From the NCBI GenBank assembly GCA_963740315.1, contig CAVUDP010000002.1, forward strand, positions 2,400,001 through 2,464,000: a stretch of DNA of 64,000 bases, written 5' to 3'. The position numbers were made by a program, and so were the translations under genes. The DNA is from an uncultured cyanobacterium (GTDB lineage Bacteria > Cyanobacteriota > Cyanobacteriia > Cyanobacteriales > Nostocaceae). Positions 19,701-28,320 of the stretch are shown here, in pieces. The notes beneath the pieces are model-generated. The model was given only the letters and a program-made list of their open reading frames with translations. It searched no databases and was not told where the DNA came from. Within the stretch, counting starts at the first letter, position 1. Each line of letters begins with the position of its first letter.

Positions 19701-21467
19701 TTAGCAATTTTGGCTCGCAATCAAAAAGAATTAGCCAAAGAGATAAAAGCAGCAATCAAAGGTGTAAATAACGCATTTGAGAACGGTGAAGAATGGCAGA
19801 CTCCACTAGGTAGTTATTTTACAGCCAACCCGCTGGGTAAAAAAGGAGAAGTTGCATTTATCTACCCTGCTGCGGTCAATTCCTACCTGGGTATTGGTCG
19901 AAATCTCTTCCGTCTATTTCCCAAAGTTCACGACGACATCATCCTGCAAAATTTAGATAGTCGCGTGAATCATGTCGAGAAGTTAGTTTATCCCAGAAGC
20001 TTGAATAAACTATCAAGCAGACAGTTAGAGGGATTGGAAAAGCAACTGCTAGATGATTCCGCAGCGATGTTTGAAAACGAGATAGTCGTTGCCAGACTGC
20101 TTTCTAAAGTACTTCAAGATAACTTCCAAGTAAAACCAAAATTCGCTTTCGGTTACAGCTTGGGTGAGGTTAGTATGATGTCTGCGATCGGGGTATGGGA
20201 TAAATTTGGTCAGATGAGCAACGCTTTAAACTCATCTACCTTATTCGGAGACAGATTATCAGGTGCGAAAAACTGTGTACGCGAATTTTGGAAACTACCA
20301 TCCGTAGAGCGATCGCCGGACAATAATTTCTGGTGCAATTACGTTCTGATCGCTACACCATCTCAAGTTAGGGAAAGTATCGCCGGGGAAAACCGCGTTT
20401 ACTTAACTCAAATCAATACGCCAGAAGAAGTAGTAATTGCAGGTGAACCTTTCTCTTGTGAAAGAGTAATTGAGAGGTTGGGTTGTAATGCATTCCGGGC
20501 ACCATTCGATCATGTAATTCACTGCGAAGCGATGGCTTCGGAGCATCAAGAAATTGCCGATGTCAACACTTTACCAGTCCAAGAAAATCGGCAAAATCTA
20601 ATACTTTATTCCGCTGCAAAATATGCACCAATAAAGTTAGAAAGTAAAGCCATTGCTGAAGGTATCGCTACGGGACTCTGTAAAGAACTTGATTTTCCTA
20701 AACTTGTTAATCGAGTTTATGACGACGGCGCAAAAATATTTATTGAAACAGGTGCTCAAAGCGTTTGTTCTCGATGGATTGATAAAAATTTAAGCGATAA
20801 AGAACACATGACAATTTCTCTCAATCGTAGAGGTTTAGACGACCATAGCAGCATTGTTAAAGCATTAGCAAAACTTGCCAGCCATCAAGTTTCCTTGGAT
20901 TTATCGCCGCTATATTTGACCGTGAAAGAAACTAGTAAAAAAACAAAACTGAGCCAGAAGAAAGTTATACTGGGCGGTCATAATATTACCGAAAGTATCT
21001 TAACAGCGGACAACAAAAAGCTGTTTCAAAATCAACCAGAAGTAGTGGAGAAAATTACCCCAACTCCCCAACCTGAAAAACCAGAAGTAGCGGCGAAAAT
21101 AACTGAGAAAATCTCCTCAACACCTCAAGCGGATAAACCAAACATCCCCGCAGCATCACCCAAAAAGCTAGAAGCAAGTCCTGCGATTGCCGTACCTGTA
21201 GAAAACAAAACAAAGTTACTAACTACTCCGGCGAATACAACTCAAAAACTTGCATCTTCCCAATTATCACCATCTACGACCACAAAACAACTAGCTTCAA
21301 CACTAAGCGTGTCTTATCAAACTCAATATCAAAAATTCACCTCCAACAGCTTAATGGTTCATAAAACCCACGCCACATTCTTAAATTCGCGGCAAGAATT
21401 TAGCCAACAACTCAGCGAGATAATTCAACTGCAAATTGCTTGCGCCGAACATTTGTTTCACAATTAA
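16719..21467 (+). CDS. hglC: Fused HglD/HglC (PfaB/C-like): KS - chain-length factor - AT
   Basis: KS1 DAACSS, HATGT, GHLL; KS2 lacks the catalytic Cys (SAGENS); AT GYSLGE. Confidence 0.88.
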   Translation: MEKIAIIGFSCLFPDAKNAEEFWHNLIEQKDSSSSLSIDEIGIEPTIFYDPVKGKPDKVYSLQGGFVRNFKFDASGYNLPASLLQNLDDTFKWSLYAAKQALQNSGYLENESVLAKCGVLLGSLSLPTKSSNQLFEPIYQQVLEPAIRELLQEENFDLAALPNSEETSFYNAMISGLPAAIVSQALSLSHIHFCLDAACSSPLYATRLASHYLWTHKADLMLAGGISCADPMFIRMLFSGIQGYPENNDISRPLDKSSRGLVTSEGVGMLVLKRYSDAVRDGDRIYGCIVGNGLSNDGRGKHLLSPNPKGQVLAFEKAYTEAQLDPKTIDYLECHATGTLLGDSTEFNSVETFFGRYGATPLSGSVKSNIGHLLTGAASASLVKVLLSMNKGIIPTTINITDPIGSEDNVISPSRIVTSPTNWQSKSASIKRAAVSAFGLGGTNAHTILEQNNNTQTQESSQPLKPVKMAIVGMDSFFGGCDGLDAFERSIYQGKQHFIPLPEQRWHGVEKQTELLEKHNLTDGKAPAGAYISEFEIDTVSSKIPPNELGKLNKQQLLMLKVAERALQDAGIKEGDNVAVLIATEAEFSVHQVQQRWNLSWEIKEGLSTGAISLSSDKVNKLETIVKDGIHHPVDSSEFISYITNIMASRISSLWDFTAPVFTISAGENSTFKVLEVAQHLLSTGEADAVLVGAVDLAGGMENVLLRSKSATVNTGVNTLSYDHKANGWTVGEGAGAVVLKRHEVAKQENECIYAVIDAVSLTQKNATKNDLQNRLGATDANTVGSVCQQAFDAAGIKPSEVSYLEVFGSGISQEDRAEINGLLRAYPSGANELTCAIGSVKANIGHTYVASGIASLIKTALCLYYRYIPATPNWTGVKDINEWANSPFYVVPESKLWFLNPETNKRTAAINSMGIDGTYAHLIISEEPSQQDRSSRFLQQMPFHLFPIIGNNREDLLQQVDNLQNVVNEGTSLPVAAKMTFADYQKRSQDSYTLAILARNQKELAKEIKAAIKGVNNAFENGEEWQTPLGSYFTANPLGKKGEVAFIYPAAVNSYLGIGRNLFRLFPKVHDDIILQNLDSRVNHVEKLVYPRSLNKLSSRQLEGLEKQLLDDSAAMFENEIVVARLLSKVLQDNFQVKPKFAFGYSLGEVSMMSAIGVWDKFGQMSNALNSSTLFGDRLSGAKNCVREFWKLPSVERSPDNNFWCNYVLIATPSQVRESIAGENRVYLTQINTPEEVVIAGEPFSCERVIERLGCNAFRAPFDHVIHCEAMASEHQEIADVNTLPVQENRQNLILYSAAKYAPIKLESKAIAEGIATGLCKELDFPKLVNRVYDDGAKIFIETGAQSVCSRWIDKNLSDKEHMTISLNRRGLDDHSSIVKALAKLASHQVSLDLSPLYLTVKETSKKTKLSQKKVILGGHNITESILTADNKKLFQNQPEVVEKITPTPQPEKPEVAAKITEKISSTPQADKPNIPAASPKKLEASPAIAVPVENKTKLLTTPANTTQKLASSQLSPSTTTKQLASTLSVSYQTQYQKFTSNSLMVHKTHATFLNSRQEFSQQLSEIIQLQIACAEHLFHN

Positions 21468-21565
21468 CAATTATCAATGAACAATTATCTATTATCAATT
21501 GTTCATTGATGAGCTACATCCTCGGTGTGAAAGCTGTTAACTGAAAACTGCTCACTATTAATTAA

Positions 21566-23251
21566 TTGGGAACCGTTTTGAACGTGCAAACTTTAGATAA
21601 CGTGCTAAACAAAGAAAATAACGGACTGACATTTCATGGGTCTACTTCGATTAAAAATCGAGTTTGGAAAGGTTCAATAAGCTGTATTTCCTTTGACCCT
21701 GAAGGTATCAAAGAACAATTACTGGAAATAGATAAACCTTGCTACATTGTTAAAGTAGGAGATAGAATCGGGGTAACAAACTACGGTTATTGTCCTCTCG
21801 ATAACAGTCAACCAGCGGAAATAGAATTATTAATTGCAGCACCACCTACTTTTACCAAAAACTTCGGTGACTCAAATTTTATCTACGACCATAATCTAAA
21901 ATATGCTTATACAACAGGTGCAATGGCTGGGGGTATAGCCTCCGAAGAAATGGTAATTGCACTGGGAAAAGAGAATATTTTGAGTTCTTTTGGTGCAGGT
22001 GGTTTGAGTTTAACTCGTTTAGAAGAAGCCATTAAAATTATTCAAGCATCTTTACCTCACGGACCTTATGCTTTCAATTTAATTCATAGTCCCGGCGATC
22101 CCGAAATTGAAAGAGGTGCTGTAGATTTATATCTTAAATATGGGGTAGAAACTGTAGAAGCTTCGGCATTTTTAGACTTAACTCCTAATATTGTCTACTA
22201 TCGTGCGGCTGGTTTAACTTTAAATTCAGCTAACAAAATTCAAATTAATAATAAGGTAATTGCCAAAATTTCTCGCCGAGAAGTTGCGAGTAAATTTATG
22301 CAGCCAGCACCCTTAAAAATGCTTAAGGAATTGGTTGAGAAAGGATTAATTACCGAATTACAAGCAACTCTTGCAGCCCAAGTTCCGATCGCGGATAATA
22401 TTACTGTAGAAGCGGATTCTGGAGGTCATACAGATAATCGTCCTTTGGTTTGCGTACTACCTTCTATAATTGCTTTAAAAGACGAAATACAGTCAAAATA
22501 TTCTTACGAAAAACCGATCGGAGTTGGAGTCGCGGGAGGAATTTCTACTCCTCAATCGGCTTTAGCAGCTTTTATGATGGGTGCTGCATATATAGTTACT
22601 GGTTCAATCAATCAATCTTGTCTAGAAGCGGGAACTTCTATTCATACTAAAAAACTGTTAGCACAAGCTGACATGGCTGATGTGATGATGGCACCAGCAG
22701 CGGATATGTTTGAAATGGGGGTAAAATTACAGGTTCTCAAACGTGGAACTATGTTTCCCCTTAAAGCACAAAAACTATACGAAATCTACCGAAATTATAA
22801 TTCCCTTGACGAACTTCCGCTAGTAGAAAAAGAAAAGCTAGAAAAACAAGTTTTTCGCAAAAGTATCGAAGAAATTTGGCAAGAAACTGTTGCTTATCAA
22901 TCCCAAAGCAATCCTAATAAACTTACCAAAGCAGCCAACAATCCTAAATACAAAATGGCGCTGATTTTCCGCTGGTATTTAGGATTATCTTCAAGATGGT
23001 CTAATTCCGGCGAAAAAGGTAGAGAAGTCGATTATCAAGTATGGTGCGGTCCGGCGATGGGTAGTTTTAACGATTGGGTGCGCGGTTCTTATTTATCAGA
23101 ACCAAAGAATCGTCGGGTAGTTGATGTTGCTAACCAATTGATGACAGGAACATCTTATTTATACCGCATTCAAAGTTTAAAAATGCAAGGGTTGCAACTT
23201 GCTAATTTCTATTCTCAGTATCGCCCCGTTCGTTCCAATTCGGAATTTTAA
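21566..23251 (+). CDS. hglA: PfaD-family enoyl reductase (start may be GTG 21584)
   Basis: GAMAGGIAS, VEADSGGHTDNRP, YQVWCGPAMG. Confidence 0.92.
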   Translation: MGTVLNVQTLDNVLNKENNGLTFHGSTSIKNRVWKGSISCISFDPEGIKEQLLEIDKPCYIVKVGDRIGVTNYGYCPLDNSQPAEIELLIAAPPTFTKNFGDSNFIYDHNLKYAYTTGAMAGGIASEEMVIALGKENILSSFGAGGLSLTRLEEAIKIIQASLPHGPYAFNLIHSPGDPEIERGAVDLYLKYGVETVEASAFLDLTPNIVYYRAAGLTLNSANKIQINNKVIAKISRREVASKFMQPAPLKMLKELVEKGLITELQATLAAQVPIADNITVEADSGGHTDNRPLVCVLPSIIALKDEIQSKYSYEKPIGVGVAGGISTPQSALAAFMMGAAYIVTGSINQSCLEAGTSIHTKKLLAQADMADVMMAPAADMFEMGVKLQVLKRGTMFPLKAQKLYEIYRNYNSLDELPLVEKEKLEKQVFRKSIEEIWQETVAYQSQSNPNKLTKAANNPKYKMALIFRWYLGLSSRWSNSGEKGREVDYQVWCGPAMGSFNDWVRGSYLSEPKNRRVVDVANQLMTGTSYLYRIQSLKMQGLQLANFYSQYRPVRSNSEF

Positions 23252-23256
23252 ATTTT

Positions 23257-23426
23257 AAGGTTCGTAGTAAGGGCTTCAGCCCTTTGAGGACTAAAGTCCT
23301 GACTACAAACCTTACTAATAACTAACCCTTTGAGGACTAAAGTCCTGACTACAAACCTTGGTGATTTCAAGTAATAACTAACCTTTTGAGGACTAAAGTC
23401 CTGACTACAAACCTTGGTGATTTCAA
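23257..23426. repeat. Short dispersed palindromic repeat, locally triplicated
   Basis: Three exact TTTGAGGACTAAAGTCCTGACTACAAACCTT copies (23283, 23329, 23385) preceded by an inverted half; relatives near 14733, 47141 and 49841. Confidence 0.85.
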
Positions 23427-23458
23427 AACAAACTAAATAATCGTAAACCTTAAATATA

Positions 23459-24970
23459 ATGAATACAAAACAATCTATGAACGCTACAGAAATTCAAGCA
23501 TGGTTGTTATCTAACCTGGCTGAATTACTCAACATGGAAGCTGAAGAAATCGATGTAACTCAACCTTTAGATAGCTACGGTTTAGATTCGACTCAAGCAA
23601 TGGTAATTGTTACCAAAGCACAGAAAATGCTGGGTTTTGAATTGTCCCCGATGTTGCTTTGGCACTATCCTACAATTGAAGCACTTTCGGGACGTTTAGC
23701 GGAAGAAGCAGAAGAATCTCAACAAGATACCAAATCACTTATCGATACCAAAAGTACTCCTAATTTGGCAGCCGAAGCCGTTTTAGATGAAAGTATCCGT
23801 CCCGCATCAACCTCTTTTACATTTAATCCCAATCCTCAAAATATCTTTTTAACCGGCGGTAGCGGCTTTTTAGGAGCATTTCTAATCTACGAACTTTTAA
23901 AGCAAACCGATGCAGATATTTACTGCTTGGTACGTGCGGCAGATGCAACATCGGGTAAAGAAAAACTGAAAAAAAATTTAGAAGCCTATGAAATTTGGGA
24001 TGAAAACTTTAGTCCTCGAATTATCCCTATAGTTGGGGATTTATCACAGCCGCAATTAGGTATAAGCACTGAAGGCTTTGAAATGTTGGCAACTAATATA
24101 GATGTCATCTATCACAGTGCTGCAATGCTTAACTACGTATTTCCCTACTCAGCACTAAAAACAGCCAACGTTTTAGGAACCCAAGAAATCATCCGTTTAG
24201 CTTGTCAAATTAAGGTTAAACCCCTACATTATGTCTCCAGCGTCGCGGTATTTGAATCACCTGAATATGCTGGAAAAGTAGTTAAAGAAAATGATAGTTT
24301 TGACAGTTGGGAAGGTATTTTTCTCGGTTATTCTCAGACCAAATGGGTAGCAGAAAAACTAGTTAAAATAGCAGGTGAAAGAGGACTTCCGATCGCCATC
24401 TACAGACCACCTTTAATTTCCGGACACAGCGAAACCGGCATTGGCAACCTCGATGACTTTGTAAATTTAATGACCAAAGGCTGTCTTCAAATGGGAGCTT
24501 TCCCAGATGTCGATTATATGTTAGATATGTCACCCGTTGACTACGTAAGCAAGGCGATCGCATATCTATCCAAACAAGAAGAATCCCTTGGTAACGCCTT
24601 CCATCTCCAACATCCAGAACCCGCACCCTTAAGCACGCTAGTTGAGTGGTTGACTTCCTTCGGTTTCCCCATCGAAATGATTCCTTACGAAGAATGGCAA
24701 GACAAGTTAATTAACGATGTCACATCAGAGGAAAATCCCTTATATACCCTGCGTCCATTCTTACTCGAACGTTGGTCGGAAAAACAACTTACAATACCCG
24801 ATTTATACTTAACATCAAATCGACCAGTTATTAGTTGTGATGCAACTTTAAATGCTCTTGCGGGAAGTGGTGTATCCTGTGCGCCAATCAACGGAGAATT
24901 ATTTACTATTTACTCAGCATACTTAATTCAAAATGGTTTTCTCAACCTAGAATCGGTTCTTAGTAGTTAA
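23459..24970 (+). CDS. hglB: ACP-thioester reductase HglB (HetM)
   Basis: [26 protein letters not shown]. Confidence 0.92.
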   Translation: MNTKQSMNATEIQAWLLSNLAELLNMEAEEIDVTQPLDSYGLDSTQAMVIVTKAQKMLGFELSPMLLWHYPTIEALSGRLAEEAEESQQDTKSLIDTKSTPNLAAEAVLDESIRPASTSFTFNPNPQNIFLTGGSGFLGAFLIYELLKQTDADIYCLVRAADATSGKEKLKKNLEAYEIWDENFSPRIIPIVGDLSQPQLGISTEGFEMLATNIDVIYHSAAMLNYVFPYSALKTANVLGTQEIIRLACQIKVKPLHYVSSVAVFESPEYAGKVVKENDSFDSWEGIFLGYSQTKWVAEKLVKIAGERGLPIAIYRPPLISGHSETGIGNLDDFVNLMTKGCLQMGAFPDVDYMLDMSPVDYVSKAIAYLSKQEESLGNAFHLQHPEPAPLSTLVEWLTSFGFPIEMIPYEEWQDKLINDVTSEENPLYTLRPFLLERWSEKQLTIPDLYLTSNRPVISCDATLNALAGSGVSCAPINGELFTIYSAYLIQNGFLNLESVLSS

Positions 24971-24981
24971 TAGTTAGTTAA

Positions 24982-25217
24982 TAGCTTGTAGGGTGTGTTA
25001 TGGCGCGATCGCTAATTTTAGTTGTGACAAAATATCTTTGTTTCGCGCCTAACGCACCGTTTAATAATAAAATCGGCATTGTTGATTTGATTATTAAAAT
25101 TAATTTGTTAGATATCTAAAACCTTTGTAGCTTGTAGGGTGTGTTATGGCGCGATCGCTAATTTGAATTGTCACAAAATATATATTCGCGCCTAACGCAC
25201 CGTTTAATAATAAAATC
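24982..25217. repeat. Two ~90-bp direct copies of a GTAG-headed REP-like element
   Basis: TAGCTTGTAGGGTGTGTTATGGCGCGATCGC...CGCGCCTAACGCACCGTTTAATAATAAAATC at 24982-25074 and 25128-25217. Confidence 0.85.
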
Positions 25218-25756
25218 TATTTACCCAAATTCCGCATTACACGATCGTAAGCTTGATTCCAAACATAATTAAAATTATCCGAAGTATCAAAATACGGAAT
25301 TGCCACTTGCTGACACTTTAATTGATGCTCTTGGCTGATTTTAGCAAAATGTTTAATATGTAAAATTAACGATTCGTCATCGTGTTGATTTGTCCAACAT
25401 TCAGAATGCTTTGCTCCATATTCTCGTAATTCTTGAAGCTTTTTGTCAATATTTACTTGGGGATATCCTAAAAACAAAAATATATAGTTGGGACTATTTA
25501 ATTTACTTTTTACAATAATTGGATCGACATGACAAGATTCAAATATTCTTGTGTAGTTAAATTCTTTACCCATATTTCTAATCAACTTTATTAATACTTT
25601 CGGAAATTTATCTTTTACTGAATCTGGAAAATTATTGTATAAAATATTCATCAAATGGTCGGCATGAAACACTGTCGCTTTTGTATTTTGAAATACTTTA
25701 TTTGCTAACCTTGATTTACCAGCCCTGCAAACGCCGCCGACTACGACTGTTTTCAT
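25217..25756 (-). CDS. Small P-loop kinase-like hypothetical protein
   Basis: N-terminal VVVGGVCRAGKS Walker A; 179 aa. Confidence 0.65.
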   Translation of the reverse strand: MKTVVVGGVCRAGKSRLANKVFQNTKATVFHADHLMNILYNNFPDSVKDKFPKVLIKLIRNMGKEFNYTRIFESCHVDPIIVKSKLNSPNYIFLFLGYPQVNIDKKLQELREYGAKHSECWTNQHDDESLILHIKHFAKISQEHQLKCQQVAIPYFDTSDNFNYVWNQAYDRVMRNLGK

Positions 25757-25867
25757 AATTTCCTATACCTTCTAAAGCTAATTACCTAAAATTTTTCCCA
25801 CTCTCGACGGAAGACAAAGTTACTTTGAGCGCACAAACTGAAAGGATACTTTAATATATTAGTCAAA

Positions 25868-26317
25868 ATGGAACTAATAAAAAAGAACAAAGAACTTCTA
25901 CGTGTTATCCTCGCCGTAGCTTTAATAGTTGTAGGAATTACACACTTCGCAATTCCCCAACCTTTTGTAAAAATTATGCCGTCACAACTTCCCTATCCTT
26001 TGGGTTTAGTTTATTTAAGTGGCTTTTATGAAATATTAGGCGGTATCGGTTTACTAGTTCCGCCTTTAAGTCAACCTACTGCGTGGGGAATAATTGCGTT
26101 ATTTATCGCGGTTTATCCAGCTAACATCAATATGGCGATTAATCATATAGAAATTGAAAGCATACCATACTCAGGTTCGCCTTTATTCCAAGCGATTAGA
26201 CTTCCATTGCAAGGAGTTTTAATTGCTTGGGCTTATTGGTATACAAAACCCGCCGATAAAGAGAAACAAGCTTCTATTATTCCTAAATCCATGATTCCCA
26301 AAGAATTAGAATTGTAA
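25868..26317 (+). CDS. DoxX-like membrane protein
   Basis: VGITHF...LVYLSGFYEILGGIGLL...AVYPANINMA...RLPLQ. Confidence 0.8.
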   Translation: MELIKKNKELLRVILAVALIVVGITHFAIPQPFVKIMPSQLPYPLGLVYLSGFYEILGGIGLLVPPLSQPTAWGIIALFIAVYPANINMAINHIEIESIPYSGSPLFQAIRLPLQGVLIAWAYWYTKPADKEKQASIIPKSMIPKELEL

Positions 26318-26386
26318 GATAAGAGGGAGTAGGGAGTAGGGAATTGGGAATTGAGAATAGAAAAAAGTTAAATAGGAATTCTATAT

Positions 26387-26881
26387 ATGACTACTACTTC
26401 AACAGTAAAACAATTATCAGCGCAAACTATAACTTCAGAAAACTTTCAAGATTACGGACAGGTTATTTTTCCGGAGCTAGATGGTAAATCATTTGATGCA
26501 GAAGATGCTCAATTAGTACTTGATAACGGCATCCCTCGATTTTACATTATGCAATTGCAGCGTCGCGGGCGTAAGTTTCATAATATTACCCGTCATGCAA
26601 AATGTACTCAATGCTTGGGTTCTTTAGCTGGGAAAGATTGGTTCATGGCGGTTTGTCCCCCTAATAATAAGATAGATGAACCGACGTTACAAGATATTGC
26701 AGCCTTTAGGATTCCCGGAAATTGTTTTATTAAATTAAATGTCGGAACTTGGCATGCGGGACCTTATTTTGAACATGAAGTAGTAGATTTTTACAACTTA
26801 GAATTAAGCAATACGAATGAAGTTGACCATTTCACTCATAGTTTTTTGAAGAGTGATAATTTAGAGTTTGAGATTGTTTAG
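26387..26881 (+). CDS. Ureidoglycolate lyase family (cupin)
   Basis: FQDYGQVI, ITRH, CTQCLG, GTWHAGP, LELSNTN motifs. Confidence 0.75.
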   Translation: MTTTSTVKQLSAQTITSENFQDYGQVIFPELDGKSFDAEDAQLVLDNGIPRFYIMQLQRRGRKFHNITRHAKCTQCLGSLAGKDWFMAVCPPNNKIDEPTLQDIAAFRIPGNCFIKLNVGTWHAGPYFEHEVVDFYNLELSNTNEVDHFTHSFLKSDNLEFEIV

Positions 26882-26885
26882 GGAA

Positions 26886-27071
26886 TTAAAAGGTAAAATA
26901 TTTACTCTTAGTTGGAGCTTTAGCAACATCTAAAGGAAGTCTAAGTAACTTTTTACGGCGAGTTTCTATATTCTCGTGATTCTCATACAGATAGTTTTCC
27001 AAGTCTTCCATACTTACTTCTACATTCTTTCCGCCTTTCAAATAAACAGATTTGCATTCTGCTGTCTCCAA
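26886..27071 (-). CDS. Microprotein paralogue 2; possibly frameshifted just after its RBS-linked ATG (27057)
   Basis: Shares VYLK...VSMEDLENYLYENHE.I..RRKKL.RLP with the upstream gene; in frame only from TTG 27071. Confidence 0.5.
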   Translation of the reverse strand: METAECKSVYLKGGKNVEVSMEDLENYLYENHENIETRRKKLLRLPLDVAKAPTKSKYFTF

Positions 27072-27094
27072 TACTATGCTTCTTTCTTTATTTT

Positions 27095-27149
27095 AGAGGT
27101 TTTGAGAAAAGTTGCTTCCATTTAACGAAGAACTCTTCTCAAAAACTCT
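27095..27149. repeat. Inverted repeat between the microprotein genes
   Basis: AGAGGTTTTGAGAAAAGTT...AACTCTTCTCAAAAACTCT. Confidence 0.6.
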
Positions 27150-27256
27150 AACTTATTGAGAAACAGGCTTTAAAGCTTTATTCACAAGCTTTCCGCATTT
27201 TGGAAATTAAAACATAATTAAAATGATTTGGGCACTTAATTCACATCAAACGTAAA

Positions 27257-27418
27257 TTATTTACTCCGAGTCGAATCTTCAACAACCTCTACTATAGGAA
27301 GTCTACGCAATTTCTTACGGCGATTTCCTATTCTTTCGTGATTTTCATAAAGATAGTTTTCTAAATCTTCCATACTTACCTGTACGGTTTCTTCATTTTT
27401 TAAATAAACGGTAGGCAT
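27257..27418 (-). CDS. 53-aa microprotein paralogue 1 (MPTVYLKNEETVQVSMEDLENYLYENHERIGNRRKKLRRLP...)
   Basis: GGGGAG RBS before ATG 27418; conservation with the tandem paralogue begins at this Met. Confidence 0.7.
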   Translation of the reverse strand: MPTVYLKNEETVQVSMEDLENYLYENHERIGNRRKKLRRLPIVEVVEDSTRSK

Positions 27419-27454
27419 TTTATTCTCCCCAGCTATAAGTGATTCTGCTACAAA

Positions 27455-27468
27455 GTATCCTTTGTTAC
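27455..27468. promoter_or_regulatory. Putative NtcA site GTA-N8-TAC
   Basis: Minus strand GTAACAAAGGATAC, 36 nt upstream of the microprotein ATG, in a divergent promoter region. Confidence 0.55.
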
Positions 27469-27586
27469 GCAGCATTGATGTCCTAGTGACACAGACTAGG
27501 AATAAATACATATTAAACTTTTTTATAATTAATTTAACAATTAAACGCTAATATCATATGAAAGCTCAACATTAGCTCTGTTAACG

Positions 27587-28156
27587 TTGTTTCATTTGTC
27601 CAACTTGCATCAAAAGGCATTAATTTTAATGACAATTTGGAATTCTAATAGTTTTAATTACGCTACGGTAAGACGAATTTTGAATCTATCGCTAACTTCA
27701 GTAATCATAATCGCGATCGCACTACTTATTTTCTTCTCTAACATATCTGTTTCAAACGCCCAAGCGAACACCACAAAGCCGATAGAAGTAGTTTTATTTG
27801 TAGATGGTTTAAATTTACTTCGTCCCGAAGCTTTATTAGACAAAAGTTTAAAAACTGGTGGAAAAACCGGCTTAACAATCGATAACAAACCCTCCGGTGA
27901 AATGTCGGTAAAATCTGTCAAGCAGTTACCCATCACTATCAACGTAACTCAACCTGATGGTTCGGTAAAAGAATTACTAGATCCCAGCGTTAAATATAAA
28001 ACAGATTTACTTATAACTTTGACTGGTAAAGCACAAATGCAAAACGCCGGTGCGGTTGTAAATGAAAGCTTAGTTAAAATCGGTAGCCCTGCCTCTATCG
28101 AAGGCTTTGATTATGATATTAATGCTACGATTGTCGATTTAAGAACGGAAGAGTAG
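27587..28156 (+). CDS. DUF4330-like protein (start probably ATG 27629)
   Basis: N-terminal TM; TKPIEV, QPDGSVKELLDP, LTGKAQ, KIG motifs. Confidence 0.7.
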   Translation: MFHLSNLHQKALILMTIWNSNSFNYATVRRILNLSLTSVIIIAIALLIFFSNISVSNAQANTTKPIEVVLFVDGLNLLRPEALLDKSLKTGGKTGLTIDNKPSGEMSVKSVKQLPITINVTQPDGSVKELLDPSVKYKTDLLITLTGKAQMQNAGAVVNESLVKIGSPASIEGFDYDINATIVDLRTEE

Positions 28157-28157
28157 G

Positions 28158-28320
28158 GGATGGGGAGATGGGGAGATGGGGAGATGGGGGAGAGGGGGAA
28201 GAGGGGGAAGAGGGGGAAGAGGAGGGGGATGGGGAGACAAGGGGATAGGGAGACAATGAAATATTTTTAACTCATAACTTATAACTCCTAACTCCGGTGG
28301 TCCTAACTCCGGTGATCCTA
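28158..28320. repeat. STRR tracts (GGGGAGAT, GAGGGGGAA, TAACTC/T)
   Basis: Tandem short repeats between convergent genes. Confidence 0.85.

Noticed and set aside
23283..23415. CRISPR array
   Set aside because: Spacers are short (15 and 25 nt) and related to each other, the unit belongs to a dispersed repeat family, and no cas genes are in the window
27419..27511. N-terminal extension of the microprotein in the ORF track
   Set aside because: RBS and paralogue similarity both point to ATG 27418
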